A DNA stretch of 64,000 nt from positions 21,229-85,228 of the forward strand of contig JAHCRG010000017.1 in assembly GCA_020148045.1 (NCBI GenBank). Reading direction: 5' to 3'. The notes under the pieces are model-generated. The model saw only the letters and a list, made by a program, of their open reading frames with translations. It ran no database searches and was not told the DNA's origin. This document shows positions 43,457 through 51,563 of this stretch, piece after piece. This DNA comes from Patescibacteria group bacterium (GTDB lineage: Bacteria; Patescibacteriota; Minisyncoccia; Minisyncoccales; GWA2-38-27). A program made the translations under genes and the position numbers. Numbering within the stretch: the first letter of the stretch is position 1; every line of letters starts with the position of its first letter.

Positions 43457-44941
43457 TTAATCAATCTTTTTAATAATTCCTGCGTTTAAATCTAACTGAA
43501 CATAATCTCCATTCTTGAGAACATCGGTGGCGGTTTTGGTGCCGACAATGCAAGGGATGTTTAATTCCCTGGAGACAATTGCTGCGTGGCAAGCCATGCC
43601 TCCCTCATTGGTAATTATGGCCTTTGCTATCCTTATCATAGGAACATAATCAACTCTGGTCATACTAGTTACTAAAATCTCACCCTCATTAAATTTATCT
43701 TTTTTCGGATTAAGCACAATCCTAGTTCTCCCCTTAATTTCTTTAACTCCTCCAGTGCTGGCAACTTGTCCTTTTATTTCTTTTTGTTTTTCAACGCGAG
43801 TACCTATCCCAAACATCTTTTTCCCTTCCCTGCCGTAAAACATCTTTTCTTTTTTATTTTTCTCAAAAACCAGAAATACTCCTTTATTTCTATTGTCAGT
43901 ATCTTTTTTGCTAATTTTTTTATTTTTAGCCAAAAGCTCATCTATTTCATCAACAGTATAAATCGTTAAATCATGATATTTATAACCTTCTTTTTCAGCC
44001 AGATCTCCAAGAAAAGTAAAGAGATAATAAAATATTTTCATCATTGCCACTTTTCTCATATCAATCCATTGAATTGTTAATCTGGCAAATTCAATATCTT
44101 TTTTATCTTCATTAGTCAGCTTCAGGAGCGATAATAAACGCTTCTTTTGCCTGTTAATTTTATTAAAATTCTTATTAAAATCTCTAGACTCCTTTAAAAT
44201 CTTAACTTTCTTATTTGTTTTTATCTCCTTCAAGATATCTTTTAACAAAGATTCCGGGGTAATTTTCTTTCCCTTGTAGAAATTTGTTTTAAACCAAAAA
44301 TAATTTTTAATGTAAGCATCTATTTTTTTCTCAAGGTTTTTTTTCTTCAAAAAACTTACGCAAACATCCAAAAAGTACTTTCTTTCAACAAAAAGAGCTG
44401 ATGGTTTTTCTGGATGAGATAAAATATTAATTACTTCATTTGCCTTTGCCAAACTAAGATTATTTCTCTCAGCAAATTTTGGCACTATTTCTGAACCAAT
44501 TATTCCTCCCTTATCTTCACCAATTGCTGCATAATGAAGCCATTCATAAGATACTTTAACAAGCTCTCGGTAGATTTTTAACAAATCCTTTTTGGGTATT
44601 TTGTCTTTATTTTTTTGGTATCCCCCCCAGATCTTATCAGCCTGTCTTTCTAAATCTCTATGTCTTTTCATCTTGCTAATCATGGTCTTTCGATTTTTTA
44701 AAAAATCGAAATAAATCTTTCTTGCTACTTCGTTTATATTTTTCTGAGGAATAAATTGATAAAATATGCTGGTAGGTTTGTATGAAACATAACAAAAACT
44801 AGGACTAAAATTTTTTCCATGGACAATTTGGGAATTAACGTAAGAAGTATACGCTAAATCCAGAATGAAAATAGACGCAATAGCGCTCTGAATATTCAAC
44901 TCCTTTTCCTTTAAATATTTTATTATCTCCTTTTTAGTCAT
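43457..44941 (-). CDS. Paralog 3: helical N-domain plus swivel His domain
   Basis: 494 aa. The C-terminus reads ...ILVTSMTRVDYVPMIRIAKAIITNEGGMACHAAIVSRELNIPCIVG. Confidence 0.8.
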   Translation of the reverse strand: MTKKEIIKYLKEKELNIQSAIASIFILDLAYTSYVNSQIVHGKNFSPSFCYVSYKPTSIFYQFIPQKNINEVARKIYFDFLKNRKTMISKMKRHRDLERQADKIWGGYQKNKDKIPKKDLLKIYRELVKVSYEWLHYAAIGEDKGGIIGSEIVPKFAERNNLSLAKANEVINILSHPEKPSALFVERKYFLDVCVSFLKKKNLEKKIDAYIKNYFWFKTNFYKGKKITPESLLKDILKEIKTNKKVKILKESRDFNKNFNKINRQKKRLLSLLKLTNEDKKDIEFARLTIQWIDMRKVAMMKIFYYLFTFLGDLAEKEGYKYHDLTIYTVDEIDELLAKNKKISKKDTDNRNKGVFLVFEKNKKEKMFYGREGKKMFGIGTRVEKQKEIKGQVASTGGVKEIKGRTRIVLNPKKDKFNEGEILVTSMTRVDYVPMIRIAKAIITNEGGMACHAAIVSRELNIPCIVGTKTATDVLKNGDYVQLDLNAGIIKKID

Positions 44942-46431
44942 TTCAGGATTTTAATAGTTCCCTCGTTTAAATTTAATTGAATATAGTCTCCATTTTTAAT
45001 AACATCTGTAGCAACTTTGGTGCCAATGATGCAGGGCTTTTTTAATTCTCTTGAAACTATGGCTGCGTGAGTAGTAATTCCTCCTTCATTGGTGACAATA
45101 GCTTTTGCTTGTTTCATTAAAGGAACAAATTCTGGTCTTGTCATGCCGCTAAGCAAAATCTCCCCTTTATTAAATTTATCTTTTATTGGATCAAAAACAA
45201 TTCTTACTTTTCCTTTGATTAACATATCCTTGCCTTTGCCGATAGAAGCTACAAATCCCTTTAATTCTTTTTTTGAAAGCTCTTTTCTTTTCTTTTTAAA
45301 GAAATTAGCAATAAAATCACCCTCTTTGCCAAAGAAATATTCACTTTTCAATTTATTATTTTCTACGTAAGAAAAGATGACTGCCTTTTTTCTTCTATTT
45401 ATTTCTTTTTTGGACACTTTCTTGCCTTTTTCTAAAACTTGTACTACTTCTTTAATTAAATAATTATCTAAATCTGATTTTGGAATTTTAAACCTTTTGT
45501 TAATTTCATTGAATATTTGATCAATGCAAAATACCTGTTTTTGAATGTTTTGTTTTCTATCATCTTGAAGAAGGGTGAAAAATCTTACTAACTCAAAGAA
45601 GTTCTTTGTTTGTTTAGATATTTTATACTTTTTATAAATATTCTTTCTTTGCCTCAATGTTATTTCCTTCTTATTGTTTAATCTTTTTGTTTCCTTTTTT
45701 ATCTCTTTTAATGATTTGAATTTAACTAATTCTTTCAAAGAGTTAAGGAAAAATTTATTACCCAGATAAATAGCTCCCCGAAAACTATTTTGAATCCAAA
45801 AATAATTATCCCTATGTTTTTCTATATCTTCACAAGCTTTTTTAATATCTTTAAAATGTTTCTGAGCCAATTTTAAAAGGTCAAGTTTTTCTTGTTCAAG
45901 AAAACTCATCTTTTCCAATGAGCTAAGAATCCGAACAATATCCAAGGCTTTATCGGTTTTAATTCCTTGCAATAAATCTAAATAATATTGTTCGTTTAAT
46001 GTATCTAACCCCTCCGGAAGAAGCGAATATCCATATTGTTTTCTTCCTAACTCAAAAAGATTTAAAAATATCTTTTTTAAATCTTTGTTGCTACGTTTCT
46101 CTAAACCCTTTTTAACCTCCAAAAAAACATTATTAATATCTGCACAAACTTTAGTAAATTCTTTGTATTTTCTTTTGAAGTATTTCTTATCTTCTCTATG
46201 TTTTTTAATGCTCCAATCCAAGGCTTTTTTAGCGTCATCTTTAGGCGCCCATTCATAGCCATAATAATTATGAACACAATAAATACAAGCAGAATATAAG
46301 TTCTTTTTGTAAGCATTTCTTCCTTCTAAATAACAGGTTTTAAATTGTTCTTCAGCATGAAAAAAAACTTGAGATTCTTCTTCTTTCCAATCGTGAGAAT
46401 TGAGAATTTTTAATATTTTTTGTTTATTCAT
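44938..46431 (-). CDS. Paralog 4: helical N-domain plus swivel His domain
   Basis: 497 aa. The C-terminus reads ...ILLSGMTRPEFVPLMKQAKAIVTNEGGITTHAAIVSRELKKPCIIG. It overlaps paralog 3 by 4 nt. Confidence 0.8.
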   Translation of the reverse strand: MNKQKILKILNSHDWKEEESQVFFHAEEQFKTCYLEGRNAYKKNLYSACIYCVHNYYGYEWAPKDDAKKALDWSIKKHREDKKYFKRKYKEFTKVCADINNVFLEVKKGLEKRSNKDLKKIFLNLFELGRKQYGYSLLPEGLDTLNEQYYLDLLQGIKTDKALDIVRILSSLEKMSFLEQEKLDLLKLAQKHFKDIKKACEDIEKHRDNYFWIQNSFRGAIYLGNKFFLNSLKELVKFKSLKEIKKETKRLNNKKEITLRQRKNIYKKYKISKQTKNFFELVRFFTLLQDDRKQNIQKQVFCIDQIFNEINKRFKIPKSDLDNYLIKEVVQVLEKGKKVSKKEINRRKKAVIFSYVENNKLKSEYFFGKEGDFIANFFKKKRKELSKKELKGFVASIGKGKDMLIKGKVRIVFDPIKDKFNKGEILLSGMTRPEFVPLMKQAKAIVTNEGGITTHAAIVSRELKKPCIIGTKVATDVIKNGDYIQLNLNEGTIKILK

Positions 46432-47278
46432 TCTTCTTTTTATTGATTAAGGCTACCAGCCATTTGATGTGGAATTCAAAGTCCTTTTCAGTACGGCTGT
46501 TGTCTTCGTAGCAACGAGAAAGGCCTAAACGAGTAGCAGATAGAATCTTGCCTCCGCAAAATAGCAAAACTCTAAAGATTTGGTTACCAACCATTCCATT
46601 GACCGGAACCAGAATATTGGAACCAGCTCCAACCGCAGGATTTAAATCAATTGCCCAATTTTTTGCTTCATATCCTTTTTCTTTTAATTTTCCAACTATC
46701 CATTCTGCGTCTTCATAGGTTTTGTTAAGTATTCCATCAACCCCTTCTTTTATATCTTTTTTCCTTGGATAAGTTTCATGTCGTCTTCCAGTAAATACAG
46801 CAATTTTTGGCTCAATTCCCCATTCTTTAACAAATTCGGCATTATTTTGAGCAAGTTCTAATCTTTCTTCTTTTGACCAACCCTCAGGATTACTTGCCGG
46901 GCTCAAGAAAAATTGACGGCCTGAAGGATCCTCTAAAAGACCAGGGCAAAAAGTATAGTTTTCTCCAGTTAACTTCTGATAGGCCTCGAAAGTTGTAAAA
47001 TCGTCAATCGTACCCCTTATAATCCCTTCTACTTCATCATTGGCTAATATTGAAGCAAGTTTCTCTTCTGGATTGTTATCAACAACTTTTTCAAAGCCCT
47101 GAATATCTTTAATTGCTTCTGGACCTACTAAAATAATATCAGCATACTGCTTGCCATTTTTTAAACTCTCCAAAATCTCTTCATCCGGTTCTTTTAAACC
47201 GAAGGCAATCTTAGGTTTGCCTAATTTAACTAATTCTTCAACCCTTTTATTAAATATTTGAAATTCTTCTTTTCCCAT
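46424..47278 (-). CDS. PlsX/Pta/Ptb-like phosphate acyltransferase superfamily protein (tentative), first gene of the operon
   Basis: 284 aa. VPVNGMVGNQIFRVL resembles the (D/N)GxxGN motif of PlsX/Pta/Ptb. The N-terminal IAFGLKEPDEEIL and GIIRGT are compatible with that fold. It overlaps paralog 4 by 8 nt. Confidence 0.4.
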   Translation of the reverse strand: MGKEEFQIFNKRVEELVKLGKPKIAFGLKEPDEEILESLKNGKQYADIILVGPEAIKDIQGFEKVVDNNPEEKLASILANDEVEGIIRGTIDDFTTFEAYQKLTGENYTFCPGLLEDPSGRQFFLSPASNPEGWSKEERLELAQNNAEFVKEWGIEPKIAVFTGRRHETYPRKKDIKEGVDGILNKTYEDAEWIVGKLKEKGYEAKNWAIDLNPAVGAGSNILVPVNGMVGNQIFRVLLFCGGKILSATRLGLSRCYEDNSRTEKDFEFHIKWLVALINKKKNE

Positions 47279-47367
47279 AATTTTTAAAACTTAAAACTTA
47301 TTATTTAATAACGACCATTTTTCTGCTTTTATCATACTTAATTTTATTGAATTTTACAATAAAACCA

Positions 47368-47396
47368 TTGACAAAATATATACACTATGCTATAAT
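47368..47396 (+). promoter_or_regulatory. Consensus sigma70 promoter (TTGACA-17-TATAAT)
   Basis: The -35 box is at 47368-47373 and the -10 box at 47391-47396, read directly. It drives the plus-strand M29-like gene. Confidence 0.7.
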
Positions 47397-47464
47397 TCAA
47401 GTAGAAAAGAATACTTTTACAATTTAATAATAGCTTGAATAACCGTCTGAAAGGAGGTTCAGAA

Positions 47465-48460
47465 ATGGATGCTCACGAACTGAGAAGAGTGTTAGAAATA
47501 CAGAGAGATCTCTACTTAAAACCAGGGGATAAGATTCTGGTTGTCCTGGTAGAAAGTCTCGCCCACGCTCCTATCACAAATGTTCTTCAGGATTATGATT
47601 TCGATATTGCTTTAATTCCTATGGTTGAACGACCTGGTCAAGATTACGAGGTTGACGAGAAACTTCTGGACGGAAAAACAGTCGGATGGCTTATTACTAA
47701 CATTAGTGTGAGCCACTCCCCAGCAACTAAGAGGATGCTTGATAAAGGGATGTTCCTTATTTCCAATCCTGGCATTACGCCAGATTGGCTAGCTATACTT
47801 AATCCAGCCAATAGAGAGCCCTGTCAGAAAAACGCCAAAGCCATCTTAAACGCTATTGGCGGAGATATTGGTGGTAAATTTCACATTATTGCCAATGACG
47901 GAACTGACCTTTGGTTAAAAGTTCCCAACAAAAACTGGCATATAGAGGCAGGTGGCCGAGAAGGTATAGGAACCAATGGTACTTATGGGGAGCTTACGAC
48001 TGCTCCTTACTGGGCAGAAGGAACTTTGGTGCTACGGCCAGGTGATTTCCTTACCAATCCCATCAACAGAGTAAATGAGAAAATTGTTCTGACAATCCAT
48101 ACTAACCGTGTCGTGGAGATTAAGGGTGGATCACAGTTTGAAACTCTCACAAAAATGCTGGAAGAACCGAATGACCCAAAAGCTTTCCAATTAGGAGAAT
48201 TCGCTTTTGGTCTTAATCCTGGAAAGCCGGAAAAACTTTATCGTTCTGTTGTTGCGGAAAAGCGTTTGGGAGGAATACATATTGCTATTGGAACCAATAG
48301 TATATGTCTGAAAGAAGACTGTCCTGAAATCAGCAAGTTCAAGTACGGACGCTACACTGCAGGAGTTCACATTGATTGCATCAAATTTGGAGCATCTGTG
48401 TTTTTTGAACCCGAAGCTCCAACAAGAACAATCCTGGAGAAAGGAATCTTGATGATCTAA
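47465..48460 (+). CDS. M29 aminopeptidase / NicX-like fold protein (tentative)
   Basis: The track start at 47435 is a TTG. I prefer the ATG at 47465, 6 nt after AAAGGAGG. EKRLGGIHIAIGTN resembles the metal-site motif of the M29 family. The gene is visibly GC-richer. Confidence 0.45.
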   Translation: MDAHELRRVLEIQRDLYLKPGDKILVVLVESLAHAPITNVLQDYDFDIALIPMVERPGQDYEVDEKLLDGKTVGWLITNISVSHSPATKRMLDKGMFLISNPGITPDWLAILNPANREPCQKNAKAILNAIGGDIGGKFHIIANDGTDLWLKVPNKNWHIEAGGREGIGTNGTYGELTTAPYWAEGTLVLRPGDFLTNPINRVNEKIVLTIHTNRVVEIKGGSQFETLTKMLEEPNDPKAFQLGEFAFGLNPGKPEKLYRSVVAEKRLGGIHIAIGTNSICLKEDCPEISKFKYGRYTAGVHIDCIKFGASVFFEPEAPTRTILEKGILMI

Positions 48461-48472
48461 CTGTCAAGATTC

Positions 48473-48503
48473 AAAAAGCCCGAGTTCTACTTGGGCTTTT
48501 TTA
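48473..48503. terminator. Bidirectional intrinsic terminator
   Basis: AAAGCCCGAGT-TCT-ACTTGGGCTTT followed by a T-run, between convergent genes. Confidence 0.7.
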
Positions 48504-48524
48504 TTTACTAAAAGATTATTAATT

Positions 48525-49655
48525 TTATGTTGTTTTAATCGGCATTACCACGTAGATATAGGTTTCGTCACCGACCGGTTTGAGAACTCCGGGGCCAGAG
48601 TCACCGTTAAATTCAAAGAGAATCTCTGAACTCTTTATATTTAAAAGCCCGTCTAATAAGAAACGGTGATTAAAAGAAATCTTTACGGGTTCTCCTTTTA
48701 TTTTTCCAGGAACCGAAGATTGGTATTCTCCAATTTCTGGGCTTTGGCTAAAGATTTCTATTTTCTTTTCTTTCGGCTCTACTTTAATCTTTACTTCGTT
48801 TATTTTTCCGCTAAATAAACTGGCTGTTTTTATTTGATTCAAAAATTCATTTTTATCTAATCTTAACTGGGTTGTGTGTTTTTTAGGGATAATCTCCTGA
48901 TAATTCGGGTATTCTCCCTCTATTAATCTGGAGACTAATTGAATTTGAGGATGCGGGGTTTCTGGCATAAGATATTCAAACATAACTTGGTTAGGTGAAA
49001 AATACATTTTTAATTCTCCCTTCTTTTCCCCAAAAACATTAACAATTTCTTTTGCTGTTTTTTGGGGAAGAATTAAGGAATATTCTTTTTTTAAGGAAGA
49101 ATTATTTTTTAAAAATATTTTCTTCTCGCCTAATCTAAAACTATCGGTGGCTGCTATTGTTATTAAATTTTTTTGAAAAGAAAAATAGACACCTGAGATC
49201 TCTGGCCTAGTGGTAGAGGGAAGAACTATATCTGTAACTTGGTTTAAACTTTGGCAGAGAGGGAAACTTTCAATAGAAATAGATTCTTCTTTACTAATTT
49301 TGGGGATAATTGGAAATTCATCAGCGCTGAGACCTTTTATTTGAGTTTTATAATTTTCACACTCAATAAATAAAGTATTATTTTTTACTTCAAGATTTAT
49401 TTTTTTATTTGGAAGCAAGCTTATAAAATTAGAAAATAAATGGGAAGGAATAGTAATTTTTCCCTCTTTTTCAATTTTAGTTAGAACCCACCAGTTTATT
49501 CCTGTTTCTAAATCAGTAGCAGACAAATTAAAGAAATTTTTTTCTGTTGATATTAGAATATTATTTAAAATAGGAAGAGTTAAAGATTTTGAAGAGACCC
49601 TTTCAACAACACTTAAACCTTCTTTTAGTTTTTCTTGTAAAATTAGTAGTTTCAT
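48525..49655 (-). CDS. dnaN: DNA polymerase III beta sliding clamp
   Basis: 376 aa with typical length and position downstream of dnaA. It has an N-terminal MKLLILQEKLKEGL and a three-domain repeat feel. Confidence 0.9.
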   Translation of the reverse strand: MKLLILQEKLKEGLSVVERVSSKSLTLPILNNILISTEKNFFNLSATDLETGINWWVLTKIEKEGKITIPSHLFSNFISLLPNKKINLEVKNNTLFIECENYKTQIKGLSADEFPIIPKISKEESISIESFPLCQSLNQVTDIVLPSTTRPEISGVYFSFQKNLITIAATDSFRLGEKKIFLKNNSSLKKEYSLILPQKTAKEIVNVFGEKKGELKMYFSPNQVMFEYLMPETPHPQIQLVSRLIEGEYPNYQEIIPKKHTTQLRLDKNEFLNQIKTASLFSGKINEVKIKVEPKEKKIEIFSQSPEIGEYQSSVPGKIKGEPVKISFNHRFLLDGLLNIKSSEILFEFNGDSGPGVLKPVGDETYIYVVMPIKTT

Positions 49656-49854
49656 AATTATATAATTAATATTAATAAATTAATTTATTAATTATTGTTG
49701 TTAGTGTGGTGGAAATGTAAGTTTTTTATTTTGTTTAAGAGGGTGTTTATTATTTAAAATTAAGTAGATAGAAAGTGAATTATTTTTTGGGTTAGTTTTA
49801 TTAACTATCCAACATCTAATATCTAACATTTAATACCCCAAGAGTATAACATAT

Positions 49855-49863
49855 TTATCCACA
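49855..49863. promoter_or_regulatory. Perfect DnaA box TTATCCACA
   Basis: An exact 9-mer lies 9 nt downstream of the dnaA stop, within the dnaA-dnaN spacer. That spacer also holds an almost pure A/T stretch at 49656-49700. Confidence 0.6.
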
Positions 49864-49871
49864 GTTTATTG

Positions 49872-51221
49872 CTAACCACTAAATATTCTCTCCTTTATTA
49901 AATGAATTTCTTCTTCCAGTTTTTTATTTTTCTCTAATTCTTTCAGGACTTTTTTATACGAGTGAATAGCAGTGGTATGGTCTTTTCCATTAAATTTTCT
50001 TCCAATAAAAGGAAAGGAGCTTTTTAATTCTTCTCTTAATAAATACATTGCTATTTGGCGAGGTCTAACGATTTCTTTTTTCCGCGAAGAAGTTAAGAGG
50101 TCCTTTTCCTTTAAATCATAAAATTCTGCCACCATTTGAATTATTTTTTTTGGCGTAGTTATTTTGACTGGAGAAGAAAGTAAATTTTTTAGAAGAGTCT
50201 TAGCTACTTCAAGGTCAGGTTTTTGATTGTTTAATTTTTGGTAAATAATTAAACGGTTTAAGGCGCCCTCTAATTCCCTAATGTTTTTTTGAATAACAGA
50301 AGCAATATATTGATAAACCTCCTCAGAGAAATCTACCTTTTTTTCTTGGGCTTTAGTTTTTAAAATGGCCATCCTTGTTTCAAAATCAGGAATACTAATA
50401 TCTGCTATCATTCCTCCCTCAAACCTTGACCTTAATCTCTCAGCTAAGGCATGAATAGCTTTTGGGGGACGGTCTGAAGAAAGAACGATTTGCTTATTAT
50501 TCTCATACAAAACATTAAAAATATGGAAAAATTCTTCTTGGGTTTTTTCTTTTCCAGCTAAAAATTGAATATCGTCAATAATCAAAACATCAATTGCCCT
50601 ATATTTTGATTTAAACGGTTCTATTTGGTGATTTCTAATTGCTGAGACCACTTCTGAAGTAAATTTTTCAGAGGGAACATATTTTACTTTCTTCTTTTTG
50701 AAATTTTTGACAGCTTCATTTCCAATGGCTTGTAAAACATGGGTCTTTCCTAATCCCACCCCTCCATAAACAAAAAGGGGGTTATAAACAAAGCCGGGAT
50801 TTTTTGAAACTGCAATAGCGGCAGCGTGAGGTAATTCGTTAAAGGGACCGACCACAAAAGAATCAAAAGTATAACGGGGATTAAGATTAGTTTCTTTATT
50901 TACTTTAAATTCTTGGAATTCAAGTTGGTCAGTTTCCGGCAAAACCATTGGAATCCTTTTTAGAATTCTTAGCCTGGTTTTACCAACTGTATATTTAACT
51001 TCTTTAATTTCCTCATTTAAATTATATAAGATTTTAAGGATGGTTTTATTATATTTATTTTCTAACCATTCTTTAGCAAAAGAATTTGGTACTAAAACAA
51101 CAACCTCTCCATCTTTCTGAGAAACAATTTCGGTATTTTTAAACCAGGTAGCAAAATTGGCCTGGGAAATATTCAATTGGATTTGGGCAAGTACTGTCTG
51201 CCAAAGCTCCTCATTGGTCAC
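49872..51221 (-). CDS. dnaA: Chromosomal replication initiator DnaA
   Basis: 449 aa with a GTG start. It has Walker A GGVGLGKTH, LIIDDIQFL, sensor motifs, and a C-terminal DNA-binding domain (RPRQIAMYL...DHTTAIHS). Confidence 0.95.
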   Translation of the reverse strand: MTNEELWQTVLAQIQLNISQANFATWFKNTEIVSQKDGEVVVLVPNSFAKEWLENKYNKTILKILYNLNEEIKEVKYTVGKTRLRILKRIPMVLPETDQLEFQEFKVNKETNLNPRYTFDSFVVGPFNELPHAAAIAVSKNPGFVYNPLFVYGGVGLGKTHVLQAIGNEAVKNFKKKKVKYVPSEKFTSEVVSAIRNHQIEPFKSKYRAIDVLIIDDIQFLAGKEKTQEEFFHIFNVLYENNKQIVLSSDRPPKAIHALAERLRSRFEGGMIADISIPDFETRMAILKTKAQEKKVDFSEEVYQYIASVIQKNIRELEGALNRLIIYQKLNNQKPDLEVAKTLLKNLLSSPVKITTPKKIIQMVAEFYDLKEKDLLTSSRKKEIVRPRQIAMYLLREELKSSFPFIGRKFNGKDHTTAIHSYKKVLKELEKNKKLEEEIHLIKERIFSG

Positions 51222-51390
51222 ATTTCTTAAAACTTGAAACTTGAAACATATTTAAAAAGTTTCAGGTTCCAGGTTCCAGGTTTCATGATTAGTCATTATA
51301 TCATATGTCAATTCAAAAAGGAAATAAGATAAAAAATTGAGTTTTGTTAATAAGCTGGGGAGAACCTGTGAAATCTCTATAGGTCTGAAA

Positions 51391-51419
51391 TTGACCAAAG
51401 ATTCTTTTAATATTATACT
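51391..51419 (+). promoter_or_regulatory. Sigma70 promoter (TTGACC-17-TATACT) 7 nt upstream of the rpmH ATG (leaderless-type)
   Basis: The -35 box is at 51391-51396 and the -10 box at 51414-51419, with the ATG at 51427. There is no SD. Confidence 0.6.
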
Positions 51420-51426
51420 TAAATAT

Positions 51427-51561
51427 ATGTCTATCACTTATCAGCCAAAAAGAAAAAAAAGAAAAAGAACCCATGGTTTCAGGGCGCGGACAAAGACAAA
51501 GTCGGGTAGGAGAATATTAAAAAGACGGAGAAAGAAAAAAAGAAAGAAGCTTACTGTGTAA
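51427..51561 (+). CDS. rpmH: 50S ribosomal protein L34
   Basis: The true 44-aa product is [44 protein letters not shown]. The track ORF starts upstream, at 51337. Confidence 0.9.
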   Translation: MSITYQPKRKKRKRTHGFRARTKTKSGRRILKRRRKKKRKKLTV

Positions 51562-51563
51562 AT

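Noticed and set aside
51252-51437. A 61-aa minus-strand ORF, and the upstream part of the 74-aa rpmH ORF (51337-51426).
   Set aside because: Both cover the dnaA-rpmH spacer with its repeats and the rpmH promoter. L34 homology begins at 51427.
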